Shown here piece by piece: positions 1-10,702 of a stretch of 64,000 bases of DNA; the first letter of the stretch is position 1; each line of letters begins with the position of its first letter. The stretch lies in assembly GCA_963729625.1 (NCBI GenBank), contig CAVSOU010000014.1, positions 1 through 64,000 of the forward strand, read 5' to 3'. The notes beneath the pieces were generated by a model. It saw only the letters and a program-made list of their open reading frames with translations, did not search any database and was not told the origin of the DNA. The stretch is from an uncultured bacterium (GTDB taxonomy: Bacteria; Chloroflexota; UBA5177; JANWHV01). The translations under genes and the position numbers were made by a program.

Positions 1-157
1 CTCCCGCTTCTATGACCTTGTCGACGTGTTGCCTGTTCGGGTCCCAGAACGCTTTACGCGCGCAGTAGTCTCTGCCGCCGCGCTGTAGCTCGTCGCGCCT
101 GCCACCGCTCTCTCCCGGCGCGGCGCCTGGGGAGTAGCGTGCTGCGTTTACATTTGC

Positions 158-1565
158 CTACCGGGATGCGCTCAGTGCCCGGTCGAGGTCTTCAATCACG
201 TCCCGCGGATCCTCGCCTCCCACGCTGAGGCGTATCAGGTTGTCCGGCATACTGGCCAGAACGCGTCCCGCCTTGCCCTGCTGCTGGTGGGTTGAGATAG
301 CCGGAATCGTGGCCACGCTCTTTATTCGCCCAAAGATCCGTCCCGTGCCAGATCAGCCCGCAGGGCGTCCAGCAGCACTGCACGCGCCGCCGCCGCGAGC
401 CGCTCAGCGCGTCCTGAAGCTGAGAAGGTGGCTGTATTGATTGACCGGCACACCGCACTGGTCGCCGTCCACGAGCCAGAGCGAGGCGCGCGCAAGCTCG
501 TGCGTTGGAGCACTTTCTAATCGGGTAGACGACACTGGCGACGCTCTGGGCGGGCGCTGGAGAAACGCCGCCACTTCCATCGCGTTCCGGCTGAAGTTGT
601 CGACGCGGTGTCTCAGCGTGCGCAGGTCGCTGAGAATCATCAGCGCGCTGAGCGGACTGAGCGCGGGTCCGTGATCGCGGAATGTCTGCAGCTTACAGGT
701 TGTGGCGAAGTTGGCGCGCATGTCATCCGGCAATACTTCGCTCACAATGCCATGACGCGCGATCACGACGCCGGCGATAGCCAGACCGCTGGCGGCAATG
801 CACTTGCTCAGCGAGTGGACGACGTATGTCCGTGCTGTGGCACAGCGGCCGAAGCAGGGCAGGTGTAGCCACTGTGGAGTCTACGATCAGCTGCGTTCCC
901 CGCTCGTGAGCCAGTCGCGCTACCGTGGCGATGTCGAACATCGACAGCCCAGGGTTGCTCGGCGACTCGCCGAACACAAACCGAGTCTCCGAGTCGATTC
1001 TGCTCGCCCACTCCGAGAGGTCGAGCGGGTCTCGTACCCATCGCACGTCGACTCCTTGCTCGACACCGTAGCGCTCGTGGAAGAGCATGAACGTGCCGCC
1101 GTAACATCGTGAGCTCGCGACGACGTTCTGGCGCCGATCCCCCGCCGTCCCCAATCTCCGCAGAAATGGGCTGGTAGCCATCCATACCGCGGCCATACCG
1201 GAGGCCGTCGCACATGCGCTGGTCTCCCCCTCGTATCCGTAACCTTCGAGCAGGGCGAGCGTCTCCTCGAGATAGTGCACCGTCGGATTCGCGACCCGGC
1301 TATAGATCCATCCCGGGATTCGATAGGCCAGCGCCTCCTCCATGATCGCGCTGTCTTCGAAGTGCTGGGATGTGCTCATGTGCGCCGGCTCGATAATGCT
1401 GCCCTGATTTGCCAGTGCCTCCTCCATGCTGTAGATACCGTGCACGGCAATTGTGTCGAAATGCTTTCGGCGCATCGATGTCCGATAGGCCGCCGCCTTG
1501 CCGGCGGCCTCGACTGCTCGGCAAACAGACGAGGCAGCGTCATTGCTGGCCTGCTGGGTTGCCAT
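158..1565 (-). CDS. O-acetylhomoserine sulfhydrylase-like PLP enzyme (Cys/Met metabolism family), frameshifted
   Basis: ORF 723..1580 has IYSRVANPTV, SGMAA, YGGT, ESPSNP, IVDST. One extra base near 825 hides the PLP-lysine motif VVHSLSK. Continues in ORF 404..766 and ends ...MPDNLIRLSVGGEDPRDVIEDLDRAL with TAG at 158-160. GGAGG precedes ATG 1565. Confidence 0.85.
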
Positions 1566-1801
1566 GTGCGTATCCTCCATGGAAGCTATGATTGATGAAT
1601 CGATAGCGCCGATTTGTGCTCGAGTCGCCGTGCCACTCTATCGAAGCCTTTCGGGTCAAGCATCTCGCGCCATTCGCGTGCGTCGCAGGCGAGCCTTCGG
1701 GCGCTTCCGCGATGGTTTCGTCTTGCCTGCCCAGAAGTAGAATAGCAGCAACAGCCGGTGCACAGGCCACGGCTTTCGGACATGACTGTGAGGTACACGA
1801 A

Positions 1802-3159
1802 TTGACAGAAGCGCGGAAGAATATTGTCGTGCTTGGTTTCGGCAGCATCGGTCAGGCCATCGTGCCGCTCGTGAAGAAGCACTTCGGCGAAAGGGCCGTG
1901 TGGCTCGTCGAGCGGTCGATGAACGAAGCCAGAGTGTCTCTGGCGCGACAATACGATCTGCACACAGTTGAAGCGCACATACTCCGCGACAACTATCGCA
2001 TTATTCTCGACCCGCTAGTCCATGAGGGCGACTTTCTGGTAAACCTGGCGACCTCGATTTCCAGCCACGACCTGGTCCAGTTTGCGCAATCGCGCGGGGC
2101 GTACTATCTCGACACGTGCATCGACCCCTGGTCCTACGATCACGTTGCACGGGGCATCTCGACGAGCAACTACGATTTGCGTGAAGATATTCGCGCGTTG
2201 AAAGAGACATCGGCCGGCAAACCAACCGCCCTCGTGGGGCACGGCGCGAACCCTGGATTTGTTTCGGTTCTGGTGAAGCGGGCGCTGCGCGAGATGGCCT
2301 GCCGCTACGGCGTGTCGCGTCGCGACCTGTCGTCGCAGCGTGATTGGGCGGCGCTGGCACGGGATCTCGACGTGCGGGTCATCCAGGTCGCGGAGCGCGA
2401 CACTCAGAGGGGAACGATTGCTCGTGCACATGGTGAGTTCGTCAACACATGGTCGATCGATGGGTTCGTCACCGAGTGCCTGCAGCCGGCTGAGTTGGGA
2501 TGGGGGACTCATGAGGCTGAGCTCCCGGCGAAGGCGCTCACTCACGCGCACGGCTGCCAGGCAGCCATAGCCATCGACCAGCCCAGCTTCACCCTGAGGG
2601 TCAAATCCTGGAGCCCAAACTTTCTGGACTTCCACGCCTATCTCATAACGCACAACGAAGCGATTTCACTCGCCGACTACCTGACCTTTCGCGATGATCT
2701 CGGCGTGCGCTACCGGCCGACGTGCTACTACGCCTATCACCCATGTGACGAAGCCGTCGCCTCGCTTGCTCTACTGCGCGACGTCGAGTGTCCGGCTATC
2801 GCGTCACAGCGGATCCTGAGGGACGAGATAGGCAGCGGGATCGACGAGCTGGGCGTGTTCCTCATCAGCGGCACGTATCCCAGCCTTTGGCTCGGATCCG
2901 AGCTTTCGATCGGAAAAGCCCGCAAGATGGCGAATCTCAACAATGCCACGAGCCTGCAAGTGGTGTCCAGCGCCGTCGCGGGAATGGCCTGGATGCTCGA
3001 GAATCCTGCCGCCGGGATCGTGGAGTCGAGGAGGTCGACGACGAGTTCGTGTACGAATATGCCCGCCCATACTGGTCGCCGATCGTGGCCGAGTATGTCG
3101 ATTGGATGCCGTCTCCAGGCAGGCGCAACCTGCAATTCGACGAATTCCTGGTGACCTGA
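1802..3159 (+). CDS. hss: Homospermidine synthase, frameshift near 3030
   Basis: IVVLGFGSIG Rossmann start, YLDTCIDPW, HGANPG, FVNTWSIDGF, ELGWGTHE, NATSLQV. C-terminus EEVDDEFVYEYARPYW...LQFDEFLVT lies in ORF 2788..3159. TTG start is inferred. Confidence 0.88.
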
Positions 3160-3360
3160 ATTGAGGCTGAGGCGGAAACTGCGGATCCGGCCGAGGCACT
3201 ATGGTGTGCGGACCGAGGCGGGCAAGACATCCGCACGCGGGTCCCCGGCGGTCCCAGGGCCCGCCCCGCGCGCGCAGATTCCACCGTGGCTCCGGCACAG
3301 GCGCCAGGCCGCCGGTGCGGATCAGGCACGAGTCCGCCCTCAAGCGGGGAATGCCGGCAT

Positions 3361-4662
3361 TCATGTGTGCAGCGGAAAGCGCTTCCGCGCCGCCTTGCGC
3401 CCGAAGCGACAGTACCATGTGGCCACGCCGGCGAGCGTAAGGATCGTGCTTGCAACGAACACTGGATCGAATCCGTACTTCGCAACTACCACGCCGGCGA
3501 TGAGCGCGCCAGCCGTCCAGCCTACGTTGAAGGAGAACGTTCGCCAGCTTGCGACGGCGCCTCTGAGACGTGCCGGAACGATTTCCATTGAGAACGTATT
3601 CTCGTGCACGCCCGTGATCTGACCGAAGATGTTCCGGCAAATGTAGGCGGTGAATGCGATCGCCAGTCCAGGATGAGTCCAGAACACGAGGAGAAGGGGC
3701 GCGGTCACGAGGCGACCCAGGACAATCCACCGGAGCGCGCCCAAGCGGGCGGCGATCGGTCCGAGCAGCACCGCGACCGTACAGACAACGCCGGACACCG
3801 CGTACAGCACACCGATTGTCGCAGTGCTGGCGTGATGCACGGTCGCGAAGTACACGTTAAAGAGCGGATAGATAACGCCCAGAGAAAGCGCAATGAACGC
3901 GCTCGCCACCATCATTGCGATCACGTCGCCGCGTGCCTGGTCCTGATCGGTGTCGACAACCGCAGACAGCGCGACTGGTGTGCCTGCAACCCCGTCCGCG
4001 ACGCGCGCGTCGGCGATCCGCAGCAGGGGTAGAATCCCCAGGGCGGTGACCAGGGCGCCCACCAACAGGCCGAGCCGATCCTGCGCTACTGCTGAGCCTG
4101 GGAAGAACGGGATCAGCCCGCAGACCGCCGGAATCAACCCGCTGATCAGCGAACCCGCCATCGAGCCGAAGGTGGTGGCGGCGACGTACGCCGAGAAGAC
4201 GTGTGTGCGCTGCTCGACCGTCGAGTGCTCCATAAGGAACGGCGCGGAAGGAATCGAGGCCGCGGCAATCGCCGCTCCCTGCAGCACGACAGCAAAGAGC
4301 AGCGGGACGGCATTCGTCACGATCGCCGTTATGACCGTCGCGAAGGCTGCCAGGCTCGTGGCCGCGGTCATCACGGTCTGCGCAGTCCACCGCCGCAGAA
4401 GACGAGCCATGATCGGGGACACGGATGCCTGGCCGACCGTCGATACCGCGGCCAGAAGGCCGACGAACGCAATATTGAACCCAAGGGCTACGAGATACAG
4501 GTTGAAAAGCACGCCGGATATGCCTATGCCAACCCACATCAGCATCGCGGAAACGACCAGATTCCGCGCGTTGCCGCTCAGACCGCTAAAGCTCTGAATG
4601 TAGGCGTGCGCGTGCCTGGATGCCTCGCGAAGCGTCTGCTTGCCTTTCGCCCGACCGGGCAT
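3361..4662 (-). CDS. MFS transporter
   Basis: 433 aa with about 12 hydrophobic segments in two halves; MEIVPARLRG loop motif. Confidence 0.85.
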   Translation of the reverse strand: MPGRAKGKQTLREASRHAHAYIQSFSGLSGNARNLVVSAMLMWVGIGISGVLFNLYLVALGFNIAFVGLLAAVSTVGQASVSPIMARLLRRWTAQTVMTAATSLAAFATVITAIVTNAVPLLFAVVLQGAAIAAASIPSAPFLMEHSTVEQRTHVFSAYVAATTFGSMAGSLISGLIPAVCGLIPFFPGSAVAQDRLGLLVGALVTALGILPLLRIADARVADGVAGTPVALSAVVDTDQDQARGDVIAMMVASAFIALSLGVIYPLFNVYFATVHHASTATIGVLYAVSGVVCTVAVLLGPIAARLGALRWIVLGRLVTAPLLLVFWTHPGLAIAFTAYICRNIFGQITGVHENTFSMEIVPARLRGAVASWRTFSFNVGWTAGALIAGVVVAKYGFDPVFVASTILTLAGVATWYCRFGRKAARKRFPLHT

Positions 4663-4798
4663 TGCATCTCCAACCTGTGCGTGGCGCGACGTACGTCGCG
4701 GTCGTCCCGATGCTTAGCGTATCAGGAGTGTTCCGCATGTATAGTATTTCAGGGCAACAGTGCGAGCCCGGTGTTCAAGCCTGAAGGGGATCGGGTCG

Positions 4799-5776
4799 AT
4801 GGCCGAAGTCGTCACACTTGGGGAAACCATGGTATTGTTCGTGCCGACCTCCGATGGATCCCTGGACTCGGTGTCCCAGTTCTCGATGACCCACGCGGGG
4901 GCTGAATCGAATTTGGCAATTGGCCTGGTACGGTTGGGTCACAGCGTGGCCTGGATATCCCGCCTGGGCAGCGATCCGTTCGGCACCTTTCTGCTGCGTG
5001 CTCTGGCGGAGGAGGGTCTGGATATCTCGCATGTGACGATTGATCCCGCGGCGCCGACAGGGGTCTTTTTTCGCGAGCGCGTCCCGGGTCTGCCTCCAGT
5101 ACCGTACTACTACAGACGAGGTTCAGCCGCCAGTCGTCTTTGCCCCTCCGACTTGAGCGCCGGCCTTTTTGACGGCGCCCGAATCCTGCACTGTACGGGC
5201 ATAACACCGATCCTGAGTTCCGAGTGCCGGGATGCGGTCCGCCAGGCCATCGCGCTCGCTCGCCAGCGGCAAATTCGAATCAGCTTCGATCCGAATCTGC
5301 GCCTCCGCTTGACCACGATCGAGCACGCGCGCGAGACGCTGCTTCCCCTGCTTCACGAGGCCGACATCGTGCTTGCCGGTCTGCACGAAATGCGCCTTCT
5401 GCTGGACGAGGATGAACCGATTACCCTGGCCTCGCGCCTTCGCGAGGAGTTCGCGGTTGACGAGATCGTATTCAAGGACGGCGCGCGAGGCGCAATAGTC
5501 GTCTCGCGTGCGGGTCACCTGGTCGGAGTGCCCCCGGTGACCGTAGGCCCGGAGGTCGATCCGACAGGCGCCGGCGATGCGTTCGATTCCGGATACCTTG
5601 CCGGGAGGCTGCGTGGAATGTCGCGCGTCGATGCGGCCCAGATTGGCGCGATAATGGGAGGCTTTGCCGTTGCACATCTGGGCGACTACGAGAATCTGCC
5701 GACCTGGGACGTTGTGCAAACGTATCTCCGGCACAACGCCGGCCCGGGCACGGGGACGCGTGCCGCCGCACTTTAA
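4799..5776 (+). CDS. kdgK: PfkB-family sugar kinase, 2-keto-3-deoxygluconate kinase-like
   Basis: VVTLGETM, GAESNLAIGL, FDPNLR, DPTGAGDAF; adjacent to eda. Confidence 0.85.
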   Translation: MAEVVTLGETMVLFVPTSDGSLDSVSQFSMTHAGAESNLAIGLVRLGHSVAWISRLGSDPFGTFLLRALAEEGLDISHVTIDPAAPTGVFFRERVPGLPPVPYYYRRGSAASRLCPSDLSAGLFDGARILHCTGITPILSSECRDAVRQAIALARQRQIRISFDPNLRLRLTTIEHARETLLPLLHEADIVLAGLHEMRLLLDEDEPITLASRLREEFAVDEIVFKDGARGAIVVSRAGHLVGVPPVTVGPEVDPTGAGDAFDSGYLAGRLRGMSRVDAAQIGAIMGGFAVAHLGDYENLPTWDVVQTYLRHNAGPGTGTRAAAL

Positions 5777-5882
5777 GCCCGGGCTCGAGAGGGTCGATGA
5801 TGTACGATCGCACCAGTGTGCGAGCAACGACGGACATGTGCCGTGCCCCTGCGCCGGCGCACGTGAATTGCGGAGGTCACCC

Positions 5883-6524
5883 GTGCAAGCCAGTCACGAC
5901 CTGGTAGGACGAGCGCTCGCCTCGCGGATTGTTGCCATTGTCAGACTTGCTCGAGAGTCACCTCTGGTCGAGATCGCTGAGGCGCTGGTCGAGGGCGGAT
6001 TGCGGACGATAGAGTTCACTCTGACCACACCTGGAGCACTCGACGCCGTATCGGCGTGCCGGGCGCGTTTCGGCGATCGCGCGCTGATCGGCGCCGGGAC
6101 CGTGCTCGATGCCGCGGATGCCCGACGATGTACGGCCGCCGGCGCTCAGCTGGTTGTGGCGCCGGACTTCAATCCCGAGGTCGTCGCGGAAGCGTTGCGC
6201 GGAGGAGCGCTGGCGATACCGGGCGCGCTTACGCCGACCGAAATCGTGACCGCATGGCGGTCGGGGGCCAGCTTGGTCAAGGTTTTCCCTGCACGCGCGC
6301 TTGGACCTCAGTACATCGCGGATATTCTGGCGCCGTTGCCCCATATCCTGTTGATGGCGACTGGGGGAGTGCATCAAGACAATGTTGCAGCGTTTGTTCG
6401 CGCGGGAGCGGCAGCCGTCGCCGTAGGCGGTAACCTTGTCGACAGGGACGTGGTCGAGCGGCGCGACTGGCGTGCGCTGTCGGAGCGCGCGCGCTCGCTG
6501 GTCGACGCAGTGCGCGAACTCTAG
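5883..6524 (+). CDS. eda: KDPG/KHG aldolase
   Basis: IVAIVR, EFTLTTP, IGAGTV, GALTPTEI, VKVFPA, TGGV; GGAGG before GTG 5883. Confidence 0.9.
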   Translation: MQASHDLVGRALASRIVAIVRLARESPLVEIAEALVEGGLRTIEFTLTTPGALDAVSACRARFGDRALIGAGTVLDAADARRCTAAGAQLVVAPDFNPEVVAEALRGGALAIPGALTPTEIVTAWRSGASLVKVFPARALGPQYIADILAPLPHILLMATGGVHQDNVAAFVRAGAAAVAVGGNLVDRDVVERRDWRALSERARSLVDAVREL

Positions 6525-6577
6525 GCGCACGCAATATCTTCAGCGTGGTGTGGTCACAGGAAATCAGGGAGGCGCAC

Positions 6578-7747
6578 GTGAAAATCGTCGATATTCGAAC
6601 GTACATTGCCGGCAATAGCTGGAAGAATTGGGTCTTCACACGAGTTGACACGGACGAAGGCGTGCATGGAATCGGCGAGGCGACGCTCAACGGCTTTGCA
6701 AAGACGGCCGAGGCGGCGGTGCACGAGCTCAAGCAACATGTGCTCGGCCGCGATCCGTTCGACGTGCAGGAGCATACGCTCCGGATGTTTCGAGACGTGT
6801 TCTCCGACGGCGGACAGATCCACGGCGCTGCTCTGGCAGGCATCGAGTATGCATGCTGGGACATTATGGGTAAGGTGACCGGGCAACCGGTCTACAGACT
6901 GCTGGGCGGTCGCTGCCATGAGCGGCTCCGCGTCTACGCGAATGGCTGGTACCGCGGACCTCGGGAGCCCCGAAGCTTCTACGACAAGGCGAAGGCCACC
7001 GTGGCACGGGGCTACACGGCCTTGAAGTTCGATCCGTTTGGTGATTCCTGGCGGGCAGTCGAGCCAAAAGACTTCGCATTGGCGCTGGAGATAATCGCTG
7101 CGGTGCGCGACGCGGTGGGTCCCGATGTCGACGTGCTTGTCGAAGGCCACAATCGATTCAGCGTGCACACGGCGATTCAGTTCGCGGAGGCCATGGCAGG
7201 CTACATGCCGACCTGGTTTGAAGCGCCCGTCGCTCCGCAGCGGGTGTCCGCGATGGTCGAGGTGGCGAAGCGCAGCCCCGTGCCCATCGCGTGCGGCGAG
7301 GACTACTATTGTCCCGAGCAGTTTGCCGAATTGCTCCAGCACAATGCCGTGAACATTATCCAGCTCGAGCCTCAGTTCCTCGGTATGACGAACGCGCGCA
7401 CGGTCGCGGGAATGGTGCACGCGTACGGCGGCGTCACCGCGCCGCACAGCGCGCAGGGTCCGCTGTGCTCCGTGGCTGCGGCCCATCTCAATACGGCGAC
7501 GCCGAATTTCTTCATCCATGAGATATTCGACGACTTCAACGACGAATGGTCGGGTCGGGTGCTCACCAACCCGGTGCAGGTTATCGACGGATACATCAGC
7601 GTCTCTTCGGATCGTCCTGGTTGGGGTACCGATCTCAACTACGACGAAATCGCGCTCCATCCCTACAGTCCCGCCAATTACATCCCGTTGTTTCGACGCG
7701 GATGGGAGTATCGGAGATCGGTGTCGTCGATTCCAGGGCCGGATTGA
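6578..7747 (+). CDS. Mandelate racemase/enolase-superfamily acid-sugar dehydratase (DgoD-like)
   Basis: GIGEATL, IEYACWDIMGK, YRLLGG, YANGW, KFDPF, EGHNRF, APHSAQGP. Confidence 0.85.
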   Translation: MKIVDIRTYIAGNSWKNWVFTRVDTDEGVHGIGEATLNGFAKTAEAAVHELKQHVLGRDPFDVQEHTLRMFRDVFSDGGQIHGAALAGIEYACWDIMGKVTGQPVYRLLGGRCHERLRVYANGWYRGPREPRSFYDKAKATVARGYTALKFDPFGDSWRAVEPKDFALALEIIAAVRDAVGPDVDVLVEGHNRFSVHTAIQFAEAMAGYMPTWFEAPVAPQRVSAMVEVAKRSPVPIACGEDYYCPEQFAELLQHNAVNIIQLEPQFLGMTNARTVAGMVHAYGGVTAPHSAQGPLCSVAAAHLNTATPNFFIHEIFDDFNDEWSGRVLTNPVQVIDGYISVSSDRPGWGTDLNYDEIALHPYSPANYIPLFRRGWEYRRSVSSIPGPD

Positions 7748-7792
7748 CACGCGTTGATGCCGCACAATTGAGTGCCGGCGGATGCCCAGAGG

Positions 7793-8918
7793 TCAGCGGC
7801 CGGCCGCGGCGCGCCGCGCGGGCGGACCAATCGAGCCGCTGTCCCTGAGTCTCATCGGCAGCAGCACGGTGCGTGGGGGCTTACCGGAGAGCATCTCCTG
7901 CAGCAGTGCGACGGCCGTTCGACCGATCTCCTCCGCCTGCTGCACGCCGCAGGTGGCAGCCGGCAGAGCCAGCGGGATGGCTTCAAGCGGATCGATGCTC
8001 ACAAACGAGATGTCTTCCGGGATTCTCAGACCCAGGCACTCGATTGCGCGAAATGCGACGAGGGCAAGGAATGCGTTGGTGGCGTAGACTGCCGACACCT
8101 CCGGGCGGTCCCGCAGATACTCGGCGAACGCGCGTACAACGTGTTCCGAGGGCTCCCACATTGACCCCTCCTCCTCGGTGGCGACCACGTAGTGCAACGA
8201 GTAGTCTACCGGCACGCCGGCGAGCGTCAGGGCGCGAACGTAGCCTCTCACGCGATCCTCGATCGTCGACGTATGGCCCGGCGGAAACGTGACCATGCAA
8301 ATGCGCCGGTGGCCGGCGTTCAACAACGATTGCACCAGCTCCCGCGAGCCGCCTTCGTTGTCGCTCGAAACGACGGCGCAGCGTACGCCGCGCAGGTAGC
8401 GGTCCACCAGCACCACCGGATAGTTCCCAAGCACGAGCCGAAGAACCTCGGCGTTGTAGCTCTCGCCGTCCTGTATGAAGATCATGATTCCCGACGCGCC
8501 TTCTGCCACCGCATCGCGGATGGCGGCGCCCTCGTCTTCGTGGGTCTCGCCGCTTCGGCCAAGCAAAAGCCCAAACCCTGCTTCGTGAACGCCCTTTTGC
8601 ACCCCTTGCAGGATCCCCAAATTGAAGGTTGTTTCGATGCGACGCACGATCCAGGCCACTAACGGGCGGGGTACGGCTCGTGCATACTGGGCGCCCGCCT
8701 GCACTATCGTTCCTCGGCGTGGCGCTCGTGTCACGAAACCGCCTCGCGCCAGCTCGGATAGCGCCGAGGCGGCCGTGACCCGGCTCACATGATGCTCGCG
8801 CGCCAGCTCCATTTCCGTCGGCAGGCGATCGCCGGGCTGATAGACGCCGCCAATGATAGCGTCTTTGAGCGAGTCGGCGATTTGCCGGAAGCGGGCCTGG
8901 CCGCCCGCGCGTGCAGTC
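7793..8918 (-). CDS. GntR-HTH/LacI-sensor transcriptional regulator (AraR-like)
   Basis: PGDRLPTEMELA...VSRVT wHTH followed by a periplasmic-binding fold (VVLVDR, SDNEGG, IPEDIS). Start is GTG 8918 or 8977. Confidence 0.88.
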
Positions 8919-8921
8919 ACT

Positions 8922-9063
8922 CTATTTGCCTTAGCAAATACCTCTGGTGCCGAATCGATCTCCAACAGCTTGACCACCTACTCTTGACAACTCCCCACAG
9001 TATAGACTAGACTGCCGTCGTTGCGGATAAGCGTAACGCACGGATATTTGCTAAGGCAAATAG
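8922..9063. promoter_or_regulatory. Paired palindromic operators TATTTGC-N4-GCAAATA flanking a sigma70-like promoter
   Basis: 8922-8940 ctatttgccttagcaaata and 9045-9063 tatttgctaaggcaaatag are exact reverse complements. TTGACA (8984), 18-nt spacer and TAGACT (9008) lie between them. Confidence 0.75.
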
Positions 9064-9211
9064 TCGAGATCGGCAGACTGGAGAGGAGGTGGCGGTCGCA
9101 GCCAGGCAAGGATTGTGGTGGCCGTCGGCCACCATGCACCATGTACAGGTCCGCGCGGCGCATTGTCGCCTGTTCGGAATATGCCTTGTCAGCCCGTCGT
9201 GAGGAGAGAGA

Positions 9212-10588
9212 ATGAAAAGCGTTCGCACGAAGCTAGCGCGTTTCGCACTACTTGGAGTGTTCGTCGTTCCCGGCTTGATGTTTCAGTCAAGCGAGAGAAT
9301 TCACGCTGCCAGCCCGGTAACCATCACGGTTGCCTTCGAGGAGCAGGGGTCCCGTCGCAGGCTTCGCAGGACCTAAAGTGGTGGAACCAGATTATCCCCG
9401 CCATCGAGGCGGCAAACCCCAACATCAAGATCAAGACCGAGGTGATCGTCGCGTCCGAAGGTGACTACTATACGAAGGTCGACCTGATGATGCGCTCGGC
9501 CAGCACCGCGCCCGACCTGGTGAAGGAAGACAGCTTCCTGGTAGGCTCGGACGCCACGGCCGGTTACTTGACCCCGCTGAACAAGTATCTGGCGACGTGG
9601 CCGGAGTACAAAACGCAGTTCTATCCGGGCATGCAGTCGATCACCACGTTCAAGGGCGTGAACTACGGGGTGATGAACGGCACGGACGTGCGCGGCATCT
9701 GGTACAACAAGCACGTCTTCGCCAAGGCCGGTATTCCCGACCCCCTGGCAGCCCAAGAACTGGGCCGATATTCTGTCCGCCGCCCGCACGATCAAGGCGA
9801 AAGTGCCCGGCGTGGTGCCGATGAACCTCTACTCGGGCATCCCGATGGACGAGGCATCGTCCATGCAGGGCTTCGAGATGCTGCTCTACGGAACCAAGGA
9901 CCCGCTCTACGACTACAAGACGAACAAGTGGGTCGCATCCAGCCAGGGTTTCCTGGATGCCCTCAATTTCGTGCAGACCGTCTACAATCCCAAGGACCTG
10001 CTTGGGCCCGACCGACGACATCGCACTGAGCGGCCTCGCCTGGTCACCGATTCAGCTGCAGCTTTTGCCGAAGGACAAGCTGGGGATCGACATCGACGGC
10101 TCATGGGTGCCTGGCACCTGGGCGTCGACTGGCGCAGCGCCCTGGCCGCAGTGGCAGTCGGTCATGGGCATGGCCAAGATGCCGACCGAGTTCGGGCAGG
10201 CCCCCTACTTCGTGACGCTGTCCGGCGGCTGGGCCTACTCCATCAGCCGCCAAGAGCCCCAACAAGGACGCGGCCTGGACGGTGACTCCAGGCGGCGAAT
10301 AGCGCGCAGAACCTGGCCCTGTTCGACGTGCTTGTGGGCAACATCGGCGTGCGCAAGGATGAGTCGACCATCCCGTCCTACGCGGCGATTCCGATGAATC
10401 CGTTGTTCACCAGCTTCGTCGCCTTCACGCAGTTCCGGCCCGGCTTCCCGGCCTATCCGAAGATCTCCAACCAGATCGACCTGGCCATGGAGAACGTGAT
10501 GTCCGGCACGAGCCCCAAGGATGCCATGTCGTATTACGCCTCAGCGGTGCAAGGCATCGCCGGCACAGCCAACGTCGAAACGCGCTGA
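9212..10588 (+). CDS. Sugar ABC transporter substrate-binding protein, multiple frameshifts
   Basis: RBS+ATG 9212 (MKSVRTKLARFALLG...); pieces in ORFs 9115, 9803, 9957 and 10328: IEAANPNIKIK, APDLVKED, IWYNKHVFAKAG, TLSGGWAY, FRPGFPAYPKIS. Confidence 0.85.
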
Positions 10589-10624
10589 GTCGGCAGCCTG
10601 CTAGGATCGATCGGGCAGTGGGCG

Positions 10625-10652
10625 GTCCCCGTTCCGCAGTGGCGACGGGGAC
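10625..10652 (+). other. Intercistronic stem-loop after the binding-protein gene
   Basis: gtccccgt...acggggac perfect 8-bp stem between the binding-protein and permease genes. Confidence 0.5.
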
Positions 10653-10702
10653 TTCCATGCCGGAAGCTTGCGCCATCATCGCGATCGAGGAGGAGTACGG
10701 CG

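Noticed and set aside
200-260. Minus-strand ACCTGAT...AGCGTGGGAG resembling a TPP riboswitch 3' half
   Set aside because: It is coding (DNLIRLSVGGED, the C-terminus of the sulfhydrylase) and lacks the 5' GCTGAGA element.
6554-7765. Long antisense ORFs (also 25335..26603, 15367..16227, 31397..32203)
   Set aside because: Shadow frames of well-supported genes, expected in GC-rich DNA.
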